Below are positions 46,686 to 56,518 of a DNA stretch of 64,000 nucleotides, piece by piece. Source of the stretch: Candidatus Latescibacterota bacterium (lineage in GTDB: Bacteria > Latescibacterota > UBA2968 > UBA8231); contig OZ244561.1 of assembly GCA_965217585.1 (NCBI GenBank), positions 5,120,001-5,184,000 on the forward strand, written 5' to 3'. The notes under the pieces were generated by a model, which saw only the letters and a program-made list of their open reading frames with translations, did not search any database and was not told the origin of the DNA. Position 1 is the stretch's first letter, and every line of letters begins with the position of its first letter. Position numbers and translations under genes: made by a program.

Positions 46686-47903
46686 TCAAGGCTTGGGGGG
46701 CGCAGCGGCCAAGCACGTCCGGCACAGCCCGTACCACAGGCAACCGAGGGGAATGAGTTTGGTGCTGCGATAGGCGAGGGAAACGGCCGGGCCCCATGTG
46801 CGCTCAGGGTCAATCGGCCCATAGATCCCAGGCTCGATGTCGAAGAAGACAAAGGGCGTTGGCAGAGCAATAAAAGCGAATATCCACAAGAGCTTGGGAG
46901 AGCCTGAATGCGCGTACAAGCTCACGAGTACGGGCTGGAGAAAGACGTAGTGGTGCTCCCAAACGTCTTTGTAAACGAGAAAAAAGGTACACATCCACAG
47001 CGCGAGCAGCGGCAAGGTGGCGCGGCCGCGCAAGGTGGCTACCAGTGCCGCGACGAGGATGGCGGCCTGCGAGCAGTAGATGACCGCGCGACCGGCGAGG
47101 GGGAAGTCGGCAAGGGTCGTCAGCTCGGCTAGGGACCGCCCGGCTAGCTGGGCCGTGACGCTGACTAGCCCGCCTTGCAGCCCGAGATTGCCCGCGTGGG
47201 TGAGGGTGCCTTGGACCGGGGCGCCTTGGACATTGGCGGCGAAAAAGGCCGCCAAGCTATCTGGATGCAGGAGGAAGTAGGGCAGCGAGGTGAGCGAGCC
47301 TACCAGCAGCCCCAAGGCGAGGACGCGCCGGGCGCGGAGCTTCAGGAGCGCGGGCGCGATGATTAGGGCGTTGGGTTTGACTAAGAGGGCACCCGTCCAA
47401 CAGAAGCTGGCCGCCCATTCCCGGCCGCTGTGGAGGCCGACGATGAGCCAAAAGATCAGCGAGGCCGCCCAGAAGCTGACCTGCCCCATGTAGAGCTCGA
47501 GAAAATAAGGCGAGTACGCCAGCCACATAAACAGGGCGAGGCCCCGGCGAGGCCCTTCGACCCACCGCCAAGTCAGATAGAGGTTGGCTGCGAGGAAAAG
47601 CTCGGTACAGCAGAGGTGCAGGAGGTATGCAGTGAGGGGCTGAAAGTGGACGAAAAGGCTGGCGACCAAGGCAAAGGCCGGCAGGTAGCGGAAGCCGAAG
47701 GCACCCGACACCGAGTAGATGTCGCGGCCTTCGGTTAGGGCTTGGCCCGCCAAATAGAAAACCCCGAAATCAAAGCCGCGGCGGGTGTGGGAGGCGTCGT
47801 TGAAGAGGGGCCGGAGGAGGTCGGTGCCGAGCGCGGCGAGGAAAAAGGCGTGAATTAAAAGGCCCGCTGCGAGGTAGGGAACGGGCCCTCTAAAGCGATT
47901 CAT
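46686..47903 (-). CDS. GT87 (DUF2029) membrane glycosyltransferase
   Basis: DFGVFYLAG, FRYLP, MGQ, LVKP, WEHH. Confidence 0.75.
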   Translation of the reverse strand: MNRFRGPVPYLAAGLLIHAFFLAALGTDLLRPLFNDASHTRRGFDFGVFYLAGQALTEGRDIYSVSGAFGFRYLPAFALVASLFVHFQPLTAYLLHLCCTELFLAANLYLTWRWVEGPRRGLALFMWLAYSPYFLELYMGQVSFWAASLIFWLIVGLHSGREWAASFCWTGALLVKPNALIIAPALLKLRARRVLALGLLVGSLTSLPYFLLHPDSLAAFFAANVQGAPVQGTLTHAGNLGLQGGLVSVTAQLAGRSLAELTTLADFPLAGRAVIYCSQAAILVAALVATLRGRATLPLLALWMCTFFLVYKDVWEHHYVFLQPVLVSLYAHSGSPKLLWIFAFIALPTPFVFFDIEPGIYGPIDPERTWGPAVSLAYRSTKLIPLGCLWYGLCRTCLAAAPPKP

Positions 47904-47927
47904 GCCGCCGCAAAAAAGTACGAACTT

Positions 47928-49802
47928 CTACTGGAGATCGACGCTGCCGTCTTCTTGGACGATGGAGTCCTCTTCTAGTACGCCTATTTCCCCCTTGTCG
48001 AACCACATCTGGTACTCGCTCGGGTCGGCGATGATGCGACGCGCCTCCAGCACTTGGGGATTCACGGTGACATTGTACGCTTGGGCCACTTGCTGCCCGA
48101 ATGCCTTTTCGAGGATGTAGAAGGTGAGCCGCCAAGCGATGAACTCTTCGTTCTCCTGCCAGTGTTTTTCCTCGATTTTGTCGATTTCGTTGATCAGGCT
48201 GCTGAGCGGCTTGGCGAGTTGGTTGTACTCCTCGCCTTCGGCGACCTTGTCCAATTCCTCGACTTGGGCTTCGAGCTCGCTGATGTAGTTGAACCCGCGA
48301 TTTTCGGCAAAGGCGCGGAAGGCCGCTAGGTCCTCTGGGCCGACGACGAAGTCTGGAGTTAGGTCTGGGTAGTTGAGCCGATGCTCGCGGGCGTAGTAGA
48401 AGAATTGGTTGTTGAGGCTGTAGAAGCCGCTGAGCTGCCCATAGAGGCGGCTGAGGCTGCGCCCGGGTACCTCAATGTCTGGAGCGATGCCGCCACCGCC
48501 GCGGACGATTCGCTCGAGCCGGAGGGTCTTGAACGCCTTGTCGTACCCGCGAACGAGGGTGGAGTCCTTGCGCATGCGCTTGTCGATGGAGCGGCCCGAA
48601 GGCGTGTGCCAAGCGGCCATGGTCAGCTTGAGCTCGGCGCGGTCGTCGATGGGGACTACCTGCTGAACGGATCCTTTGCCCACGGTCGTAGTGCCCAGCA
48701 CTAGCCCGCGGTCCCAGTCTTGGATGGCACCGGCGACGATCTCGGACGCCGAAGCGGACAGGCCGTTGACCAGGACGATGAGGGGCGTGTCGTGCAGCAG
48801 GGCGTCCTCGCGGGTTTCGTACCTGACCGTGTCTTTGAAGGCACGGCCCGCGGTAAAGACCACGAGGCGGTCGCGGGGCAGGAAGAGATCGGCGATATGC
48901 ACGGCTTCTTCGAGGTACCCGCCGCCGTTGTTGCGCAGGTCGAAGATCAGCCGCTCCATACCTTGTTCCTCTAGCTCGACGATGGCGTTGAACATCTCCC
49001 GGCTCGACCCCTTTTGGAAGCTGTCGAGCTTGATGTAGCCGGTGTAGCCGGGGAAGAGGGTGGCCAGGAAGACGCTGTTCATCTGTACTTCTTGGCGTTC
49101 GATCGTCAGGTCAAAGGGGGTGGCGCGCTCGGCGCGCTCTAGGGTCAGGGTCACGGAGGTGCCGGGCTCGCCGCGCATGCTGTCGGCGGCCACAACGGCC
49201 GACATGCCCTTGGTGGAAGTGTTGTTGATCGAGGTGATGAGGTCGCCCGACTTGACGCCGGCTAGGGCCGCCGGAGTCTGGTCGTGCACGAGGGCCCACA
49301 CGGCAATCGCGCTGTCGGGATAGACGACTTGTATGCGGAAGCCTAGCCCCCCGTATTTACCTTGGGTCTGGATGTTGAAGTTGTCGAGGTTGTGCTTTTC
49401 CAAAAACACCGAATAGGGGTCGAGAATTTCCATCATCCCGGCGATGCCAAAGCGGATTAGCGTATCCGCGGTAACGGGATAAAAAGCATTCTCGTCGATG
49501 GCTTGGGCCATCTGCATGAGGGTGTAGAGGCGGTGGTTTAGCTGCTTAGTGGTGCCCTCGCCGTCGAATTGGGCGCGGGCGTTGAGGGTGTATTCCGAGG
49601 CTGGATCCAAGGCGTTGAATATCCCGCGTGCGGCCGCCTGCACGAGGGAATCGGGATTCACTTCTTCAAAGTAGTACTGGTGAATGGTCTGGGTCGTCTT
49701 CCACAACAGGGCTTTGTATTCATCTTCAACGGAGCGCTCGGCCCGCAGGTCGGAGGCGGACGCGACGAGGACGAGCAGTAGCGAAATGCGCAAAATGGAC
49801 AA
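47928..49802 (-). CDS. ctpA: S41 family carboxyl-terminal protease with PDZ domain
   Basis: LDPYS, DLRNNGGGYL, SASASEIVAGAIQD, GKGSVQ, TPSGRSI; TTG start after AAGGAG. Confidence 0.9.
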   Translation of the reverse strand: MSILRISLLLVLVASASDLRAERSVEDEYKALLWKTTQTIHQYYFEEVNPDSLVQAAARGIFNALDPASEYTLNARAQFDGEGTTKQLNHRLYTLMQMAQAIDENAFYPVTADTLIRFGIAGMMEILDPYSVFLEKHNLDNFNIQTQGKYGGLGFRIQVVYPDSAIAVWALVHDQTPAALAGVKSGDLITSINNTSTKGMSAVVAADSMRGEPGTSVTLTLERAERATPFDLTIERQEVQMNSVFLATLFPGYTGYIKLDSFQKGSSREMFNAIVELEEQGMERLIFDLRNNGGGYLEEAVHIADLFLPRDRLVVFTAGRAFKDTVRYETREDALLHDTPLIVLVNGLSASASEIVAGAIQDWDRGLVLGTTTVGKGSVQQVVPIDDRAELKLTMAAWHTPSGRSIDKRMRKDSTLVRGYDKAFKTLRLERIVRGGGGIAPDIEVPGRSLSRLYGQLSGFYSLNNQFFYYAREHRLNYPDLTPDFVVGPEDLAAFRAFAENRGFNYISELEAQVEELDKVAEGEEYNQLAKPLSSLINEIDKIEEKHWQENEEFIAWRLTFYILEKAFGQQVAQAYNVTVNPQVLEARRIIADPSEYQMWFDKGEIGVLEEDSIVQEDGSVDLQ

Positions 49803-49873
49803 GCGACACTCCTTGGTCAGTGGGGCATTCAGAACTGCTGTTAAGGACATACTATGGACGGGCCGGTATCGCG

Positions 49874-50623
49874 TCAAGCAGTGCGCCGCTTGTACGCGAG
49901 AGCCAAGCCGCGGAGAACGAGGTCTGGATCGCAAGTGTGAACCGCGGCGATATGCGGTTGGAGCAGTAGGCCATCGCCGCCGGTGAGAAAGATCGCGACG
50001 GGGTTGTCTAAGGCCGCAGCCATGCGTGCGCAGAGGCCCTCGACGAGCGCGGCCGACCCGTGCAGTGCCCCCGAGCACAGGCCGTCCGTGGTGTTCTTGC
50101 CTAGCAGAGGCGTTGTGGCAGCTAACTCGACTTGGGGCAAGAAGCTGGTGCCCGCGCTGAGGGCGTTTAATCCGAGGCGCAGCCCCGGGGCGATAGCGCC
50201 GCCGCGGAAGGTGCCCTCGGCGTCGATGGCATCGACCGTTAGCGCGGTGCCGGCATCGACGACCACGGCCGCCCGGCCGGCCGGGGTTGCACGATGGGCA
50301 GCCGCGGCTGCGGCGAGGCGGTCAACGCCAATCCGAGCGGGGTCGTCGTAGTCGATGCGCAGGCCCCAATCCCATGTGCTGCGCGCTTGGAGGACGGGGC
50401 CGGAAGAGAGGCCGCGACATGCCTCTGCGTACGCAGCCCCCAATTCCGCGACGACCGACCCGATGACCGCGCCGACCGGGGGTGCGGCAAGCGGTGCAAG
50501 CAGGCGTTGTAGGCCAACACGGGCCGTGGGGGCCGTGGGGCATTTATGGTGGAAAACGGGCGCGTCATCGGCCAAAAGACCGATGTCGATGCAGGTGTTG
50601 CCGATGTCGATAGCCAAGAGCAT
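49874..50623 (-). CDS. coaX: Type III pantothenate kinase
   Basis: LAIDIGNT, GVDR, VVDAGTALTVD, GGAIAPG, TGGD. Confidence 0.93.
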   Translation of the reverse strand: MLLAIDIGNTCIDIGLLADDAPVFHHKCPTAPTARVGLQRLLAPLAAPPVGAVIGSVVAELGAAYAEACRGLSSGPVLQARSTWDWGLRIDYDDPARIGVDRLAAAAAAHRATPAGRAAVVVDAGTALTVDAIDAEGTFRGGAIAPGLRLGLNALSAGTSFLPQVELAATTPLLGKNTTDGLCSGALHGSAALVEGLCARMAAALDNPVAIFLTGGDGLLLQPHIAAVHTCDPDLVLRGLALAYKRRTA

Positions 50624-50743
50624 GGGGGAATTTGGCGATTGACTTTCCGCCGTGGCGTCTATAACTTAGCTACGTTTAACTCAAACAATATCCAATACCT
50701 ACGTCTCAAAAGTTGCTAGCAGCCCAGAGGGATAATAGCGAAT

Positions 50744-51751
50744 ATGTTGGGTAAGCGCAGTACTTTTATCGTCATCTCCCCCCGCGATGGTCAGATTCGC
50801 GAGTACGGCTTTTTCCCCCGCGTCTTATGGCTGATTCTGCTGGGGGGATTGGGTTTTGTGGGGGTGCTTGGTCACTACACCTACGCACAGGGTTTTTATC
50901 AGCCGGGCGATCAGAAAGCGCTGCTGGCCTTGCAGGACGAAAACAAAAACCTCCTGCACAGCTTAGAGCAGACCCGCGAGGAAGTGCAGCAGCTCGGGGA
51001 GGCGATGGATCAGCTCAAGGCCACTGAAGATAGGCTGCGCGCCCATCACGAGATGGAGCCGCTCGCCGCGGATGGGGCGTCGGGTGGTGTTGGGGGTGTG
51101 GAAGATTTGTCCGAGGAGTTCACGTCCTTGCCGCCCCAAAAGCAGATGATGATGAGCGAGTTGAGCGTGCGCCTCGACCACCTGAAGCGGATGGTCAATC
51201 TACAGGCCGAGAGCTTTGAGGAAATCGAGCGCAAATTCGAAGAGACCAACGTCCAATACTTGCCCACAATTTCACCAGTTCACGGGGGGAGGACGTGGCG
51301 GTCGTCGTCCTTTGGATGGCGCATCGACCCCTTTACCGGACGGCGGGCCTTCCACAGCGGCGTCGATTTGGCCGGCCGCAGGGGTATGCCCATCTACGCG
51401 ACGGCCGATGGCTTTGTAAGCTACGCCGCGAAGGATAAATACCTCGGCGATACGATTATTATCGATCATCGGAAAAAGGAACTCGACGAGCAGGGCCAGC
51501 CTTATGCACGCCAGGGCGGCTATCAGACCGAATACGGCCATTTGGACAAAATCTTGGTCAAGCAGGGGCAGCAGGTGAGGCGTGGGCAGCAGATCGGGGC
51601 CATGGGTAGCACGGGCCGCTCGACCGGCCCCCACTTGCACTATGCGGTGCGCTTGCGGGACCACCAGTTGGGCAAGCACCGAGGATACCAAAATCCAGAA
51701 GACTTCATATTCGACAACCGTGAGGGCGATATGTGGGCCGTAGGAGAGTGA
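50744..51751 (+). CDS. M23 family metallopeptidase with coiled coil
   Basis: FHSGVD, YGHL, GSTGRSTGPHLHY. Confidence 0.92.
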   Translation: MLGKRSTFIVISPRDGQIREYGFFPRVLWLILLGGLGFVGVLGHYTYAQGFYQPGDQKALLALQDENKNLLHSLEQTREEVQQLGEAMDQLKATEDRLRAHHEMEPLAADGASGGVGGVEDLSEEFTSLPPQKQMMMSELSVRLDHLKRMVNLQAESFEEIERKFEETNVQYLPTISPVHGGRTWRSSSFGWRIDPFTGRRAFHSGVDLAGRRGMPIYATADGFVSYAAKDKYLGDTIIIDHRKKELDEQGQPYARQGGYQTEYGHLDKILVKQGQQVRRGQQIGAMGSTGRSTGPHLHYAVRLRDHQLGKHRGYQNPEDFIFDNREGDMWAVGE

Positions 51752-51864
51752 GTTAAACGCTTCACTCGCCGATCGCACGGTCGGAGCCAATTTCCACCAA
51801 GCATATCGAGACCGGTCCGCAGCTAGCGAGCGCGGGCCGGTCTCTTTTTTAGGAGCACAACCAC

Positions 51865-52434
51865 ATGAGTACACCTATTGAAGGCAAGGTAGCCGCCATT
51901 ATCGACGACACAACCTTGGTACTCAACGTCGGTAGCGAGCAGGGCGTCCAGGAGGGAATGGCCTTTGCCATTTTCGCCTCGCACGGAGAGATCGAGGACC
52001 CTGACAGCGGGCAGCCGCTGGGTCGCTGGGAAGCGGTCAAGGCGCGGGTGGTCGCCACCCACGTGCAGGAACGCCTGTGTACAGTGCGTGCTCCGGTCGT
52101 CGGCGAGGTGCCGGTGGTAGGCGATACCCGGCCGTTGAGCACGATGATGGTTGAGCACTCGGTGGCCCGTGCCCCAGGCGAAGATCAGTGGCAGCGGTTG
52201 GAGGTGCGGGGAGCCGATGTCCGGGGGCGGCCCCAGAACCAGCCCATTGCCGTGGGCGACGGAGCGCGGTCGCTGGCAGCGGTCGAGGACGATGCGAGTA
52301 AGCCAGCCGAGGACGATGCGAGTAAGCCAGCCGAGGACGATGCGAGTAAGCCAGCCGAGGACAATGCGAGTAAGCCAGCCGAGGACGATGCGAGTAAGCC
52401 AGCCGAGGACAATGCGAGTAAGCCAGCCGATTAG
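51865..52434 (+). CDS. Hypothetical protein with C-terminal EDDASKPA repeats
   Basis: RBS AGGAG; GKVAAIID..LVLNVG...GV..GM.F beta domain. Confidence 0.7.
   Translation: MSTPIEGKVAAIIDDTTLVLNVGSEQGVQEGMAFAIFASHGEIEDPDSGQPLGRWEAVKARVVATHVQERLCTVRAPVVGEVPVVGDTRPLSTMMVEHSVARAPGEDQWQRLEVRGADVRGRPQNQPIAVGDGARSLAAVEDDASKPAEDDASKPAEDDASKPAEDNASKPAEDDASKPAEDNASKPAD
52285..52428 (+). repeat. 24-bp tandem repeat x6
   Basis: GAGGACRATGCGAGTAAGCCAGCC units. Confidence 0.95.
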
Positions 52435-52912
52435 GGCTGCGCTGGCCGCGCTCTGCATCGGGGGCTGCGCTTACTACTCGACCTCTGGCGGTCTACTAGG
52501 GGGCATCCGCAGCATTGGCATCCCCGTGGCCGACAACCAAACCTCGGAGTTTGCTGTGGCCGAGCGCCTGACTGAACGTGCCATTGATGCCTACGCCGAG
52601 GACGGCCAGTTGCGAGTGGTTGACGAAGAGAGCGCCGATGCCCTCTTACAGCTCAACGTGATCTCGATTGAGGACCGCCCCTTTACCTATACGACGGCCG
52701 AGCAGACCGAGCAGTATCGGTTTACGGTCTTGGTAGCGGCCGAGTTGGTAAGGGTGGAGGATGGGGAGGTGTTGTTGGCGTTGGCCGAGCTAGAGGGATG
52801 GGGGACCTATGATGCCGCGTTGGCCGAGGAGGAGGGGCGGGATCCGGCGATGAAGCAGGCGTTGGACATGGTGCTAGAGGAATTGGTGGATCGGACGACG
52901 GCGGGGTGGTAG
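52412..52912 (+). CDS. lptE: LptE family lipoprotein
   Basis: Lipobox IGGC; IRSIGIPVADNQT, ADALL, ends in W as in LptE-like proteins. Confidence 0.7.
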   Translation: MRVSQPIRAALAALCIGGCAYYSTSGGLLGGIRSIGIPVADNQTSEFAVAERLTERAIDAYAEDGQLRVVDEESADALLQLNVISIEDRPFTYTTAEQTEQYRFTVLVAAELVRVEDGEVLLALAELEGWGTYDAALAEEEGRDPAMKQALDMVLEELVDRTTAGW

Positions 52913-52944
52913 TCAGTCCCTTAGCGGCAAATCCCACGGCAAAA

Positions 52945-54639
52945 TCAATCAGCGTCCGTTTTCCTTCCCACTACAAAGATCACTGCGACAATCAGGCCTA
53001 ACCCCACGGCCAAACCAGTGGTCGGAGACCACAGCAGGGTGCTGCCCAAGTAGCCGCAAAGCCCGGCGATCGTCATCGTCGTCAGGGCGTAGGGTATTTG
53101 GGTGCGAACGTGGGCTAAGTGATCACAGGCGGCGGCAATGCTGGAGAGGACGGTGGTGTCGCTGATGGGGGAGCAATGGTCCCCGAAGATCGCGCCGTCC
53201 AATACGGCGGCGGCGACGAGGACCGTCAGCTCCAGACCGCCCAAGTCGTAGGCTACTGGGATCATGGTCGGCAACAGTACGGCCATAGTCGTCCACGAGG
53301 TGCCGATGGAGAAGGCGACCACCGCGGCAAGTAGGAAGACGAGGAGGGGGAGGAAGTACGGGTCGAGGAAGCCGGAGAGCGCACCGACGATATAGGCCGA
53401 AGTCTCGACGGCCTCGCAGGTTTCCTTGATCGCCCAGGCCAAGATCAATATCACCAGAGCATAGGAAAAGCCCGTAATGCCGCTCGCCCAGGTCTTGCAG
53501 ACTTCCACTAGGCCGAGCGGGCGTTTATGGCTTGCTTCTTCGCGGCGAGTTAGGGCCAAAATTGCTGCTAGTGCCGAGCCGGCTAAGGCCGATAGGAACA
53601 TCACTTTAGCTCCGTCGGCGTGGGAGAAAACTTGGACCCAGTAGAGCCGGGCGAAAAAGCCGTGTTCGGCGCGGGCGGTCACCACGGCCGGTGCTTGGCT
53701 AGCGTCTAGGTGCATCCCGCCGAGTACGCCAACGACGACGAGGAGGACAGGACCTACGGCCACGGCCCAATGGGCGCGGAGGCCGGGGTGCTCGGGGAGT
53801 TGGGATGCGTCGCCGGTCATCGGGCGGTCTCCCGGCGCGAGGACTTGGCCCGTTTGCCGGGCGCGGCGCTCGGCTTTGAGCATGGGGCCAAAATCGCGGC
53901 CGGCGACGGTGGAGCACAGCACAAAAGTTAGGGTTAGTAGGCAGTAGAAGCGGGCCGGCAGGGCGCGGAAGAACAGTTCGTAGCCGGAGATACCAGCGCC
54001 AACTTGCTCCATCGCGCTGTCGAACAGACCCACCTCAAAGCCGATCCAGGTGCTGACGAGGGCGATACCGGCCACGGGGGCAGCGGTGGAATCGACGAGA
54101 AAGGCCAATTTTTCGCGCGAGATGCGGAAGCGATCGGCGATGGGGCGCATGGTGGTGCCGACGACGAGCGTGTTGGCGTAATCGTCGAAGAAGACCGCCA
54201 ACCCCAAGAGCGCGGTGGCCAGCCGAGCCGAGCGCACACCGGCGGCCCGGGCGACTAGCAAGTCGGCAATGCCGCGGGTGCCGCCGGCCAGCGAGATGAC
54301 GCGCACCATGCCGATGAGGGAGGCGGTGAAGCCGAGGATGAAGAGTTGGAAGGAGTCGCGCAGCGGGGTCCAGACAAAATCTATGAGGGCGCGCTCTAAG
54401 CCGCGGAACGGGATCGCGTAGAGTGGGACATCTGCTGGCAGGGAAATGAGTGCACCGCCGACGATCGCCAATCCTAGCCCTAAGATCAGGCGGCCAGTGA
54501 CGACGGCGACGAGGATGGCTGCGGCTGGCGGAAAGAGGCTCAGTCCGCTCGTTGCGCCTTGGTCGGGCAGGAGCAGCGCGCCGAGCAGGGCCGCGCCGAG
54601 CGCTAGCAGTAGGCGGACAAAGGGAAAGGCGGAGCGCAC
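52945..54639 (-). CDS. Na+/H+ antiporter NhaC family protein
   Basis: FFDDYAN, SREKLAFLVDSTAAP, GTSWTT, GAIFGDHCSPISDTT, HVRTQ. Confidence 0.9.
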   Translation of the reverse strand: MRSAFPFVRLLLALGAALLGALLLPDQGATSGLSLFPPAAAILVAVVTGRLILGLGLAIVGGALISLPADVPLYAIPFRGLERALIDFVWTPLRDSFQLFILGFTASLIGMVRVISLAGGTRGIADLLVARAAGVRSARLATALLGLAVFFDDYANTLVVGTTMRPIADRFRISREKLAFLVDSTAAPVAGIALVSTWIGFEVGLFDSAMEQVGAGISGYELFFRALPARFYCLLTLTFVLCSTVAGRDFGPMLKAERRARQTGQVLAPGDRPMTGDASQLPEHPGLRAHWAVAVGPVLLVVVGVLGGMHLDASQAPAVVTARAEHGFFARLYWVQVFSHADGAKVMFLSALAGSALAAILALTRREEASHKRPLGLVEVCKTWASGITGFSYALVILILAWAIKETCEAVETSAYIVGALSGFLDPYFLPLLVFLLAAVVAFSIGTSWTTMAVLLPTMIPVAYDLGGLELTVLVAAAVLDGAIFGDHCSPISDTTVLSSIAAACDHLAHVRTQIPYALTTMTIAGLCGYLGSTLLWSPTTGLAVGLGLIVAVIFVVGRKTDAD

Positions 54640-54640
54640 C

Positions 54641-56515
54641 TTAGGCGTCTTGCGGCGGGGACTCGACCTCGCGGGCGGGGACGGTGGACATTTCCAGCTT
54701 AAAGGCCAGCAAATACATCATAAAACAGCCGATGATCCACCAAGCGATCTGCCATACCCACAGCGAGGGGATGCCCAAGGGCCAATGGGCGGGATCGGTC
54801 TGATTGCCGAGGACTGCAAAGGGGCCGATGGCACAGAGGAACCAAACTACCGTCAGAATCCAGACCGGCGTTTTCCATTTCTTTTTGGCCTCGGGCAGGG
54901 CCGTGTGCTCTTTGAGGAAGTGGTGGTAGCGATCGCGGTGGGTCAGGTGGCTGGCTTCCTTGGGCTGGGTGAAAAAACTGACGACAACGACAGTCCCCAT
55001 ATTAAAGAGAATGCCCCAACCGGCGCTGTGGAGTGTGAGCGGATAGCGGCCAATGCCGATGAGTCCGCCCAACTCGGTTATGTAGGTGAAGGTAACGGCG
55101 ATGAGTCCGGCGATGAGTCCGGCGACGATGCCCTTGGGGGTAAAGAAGCGGATGTAGCAGATGCCCAGCAGGGCCGGCCACATCTGTAATCCATAAGAAA
55201 CGGCCAACCCCCCCAGCAAGACGAGCAGGTCGCCGGAGGCTAGTCCGACTAGCAGGGCTAGGCTGACGACGATGGCTACGCTCAAACGGCCGACAAAGAC
55301 CTGAGCCGAGTGCGATGCCTCTTTGTTGAAGAAATGGCGGTAGAGGTCGCGGGTGATAATGCCGCTGGCGGTGGACATATAGGCGGCACCGGTCGATTGC
55401 ATCGCGGCTAGCGCGCAGACGGCCAAAAGCCCCAAGAGGAAGGGGAAGCTGTCGGCTAAGGTGTCGATCAGGTAGGGAACCAAGTGGTCGGATGCCGGCA
55501 GGCCGAGGGGCTTAGTCCCCGGGATCAGTTCCATATCGAGGAGCCGGACGCCTAAGCCTTGGAAGGCGGTAAAAAAGAATAAGATGCCGCCAATGACCAG
55601 GGAAGAGGCAAAAACCTGCTGCCAGGGAAAAGGCCGAGGATCGCGATTGGCAAAGGCCCACATCGAAAAGGCCGGTGCCGACTGGATGCCCATCAAGGCG
55701 AACATATAGGTCAGGATCATCAGGCCGGTCCAGGGGCCGCCCTGGGCGTCGAAAAACATGGTGCCGACCCGTTCGAGGAAGGAGTCTGACTCCGGCCGGG
55801 TCGGAATGGCGACCATATCGGGTTTTTGCTGGGCGAGGGTGGCCAACCCCCCCTTGAAGGCCGTCCAGCCGCCGACCAAATCGAGGGCAATAAAGCCGAG
55901 GACGACGATGCCGAAAGCGAGAAGGATGCACTGGGCGCAGTCCACGTAGGCGACCGAGCGCAACCCGCCGGATGCTACGTAGATAAAGACGATGACCGAA
56001 AGCACAATCGCCCCACCCTCGACCGAGCCGACGAAGCTGCCCTCCAGCGGAGTGCCGGTCGTCAGGCGGTTGAAAAGCAGGCCCGATGCCTTGAGCTGGA
56101 TGCCCAGATAGGGCACGCTGAAGACCAAGGCGACGATGACGGTGAGAAAGCGCATCGCATCCGTGCGATAGTAGTCGCTGAACATCTCGCCCGGGGTGAT
56201 ATAGCCGAAGCGCTGGCCCAAAAGCCACTGTCGCTTGAGGAACAACACCCCGGTGAAGGGGATGGTGATGGCGTAGAAGGAGGCAAAGGCGTAGGGCAAG
56301 CCGACGTTGTAGATGGTGCCAGGGTGGCCGACAAAGGTCCAGCCGCTAAAGGAGGTGGCAGTGGCGGCCAATACGAAGACCCACAGGCCAATGCCGCGGC
56401 CGGCGATAAAGTAATCCGAGGCCGTCTTAGCCCGGCGAGCGCCTTTGATGCCCCAGAAGATGCAGTAAGACCAGTAGCCAACGGTAAAGACCAGTAGCCA
56501 GACCAGCTTTTCCAT
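54641..56515 (-). CDS. Sodium:solute symporter family protein
   Basis: DYFIAGR, ATSFSGWTF.GHPG, GGLRSVAYVD, AAMQST. Confidence 0.9.
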   Translation of the reverse strand: MEKLVWLLVFTVGYWSYCIFWGIKGARRAKTASDYFIAGRGIGLWVFVLAATATSFSGWTFVGHPGTIYNVGLPYAFASFYAITIPFTGVLFLKRQWLLGQRFGYITPGEMFSDYYRTDAMRFLTVIVALVFSVPYLGIQLKASGLLFNRLTTGTPLEGSFVGSVEGGAIVLSVIVFIYVASGGLRSVAYVDCAQCILLAFGIVVLGFIALDLVGGWTAFKGGLATLAQQKPDMVAIPTRPESDSFLERVGTMFFDAQGGPWTGLMILTYMFALMGIQSAPAFSMWAFANRDPRPFPWQQVFASSLVIGGILFFFTAFQGLGVRLLDMELIPGTKPLGLPASDHLVPYLIDTLADSFPFLLGLLAVCALAAMQSTGAAYMSTASGIITRDLYRHFFNKEASHSAQVFVGRLSVAIVVSLALLVGLASGDLLVLLGGLAVSYGLQMWPALLGICYIRFFTPKGIVAGLIAGLIAVTFTYITELGGLIGIGRYPLTLHSAGWGILFNMGTVVVVSFFTQPKEASHLTHRDRYHHFLKEHTALPEAKKKWKTPVWILTVVWFLCAIGPFAVLGNQTDPAHWPLGIPSLWVWQIAWWIIGCFMMYLLAFKLEMSTVPAREVESPPQDA

Positions 56516-56518
56516 GAG

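Noticed and set aside
51759-51790. Further copy of the REP-like motif (GCTTCACTCGCC)
   Set aside because: Only the 5' part matches and the TTYA-loop stem is absent
52285-52428. Possible CRISPR array
   Set aside because: Contiguous 24-bp units with no spacers, in coding frame, no cas genes
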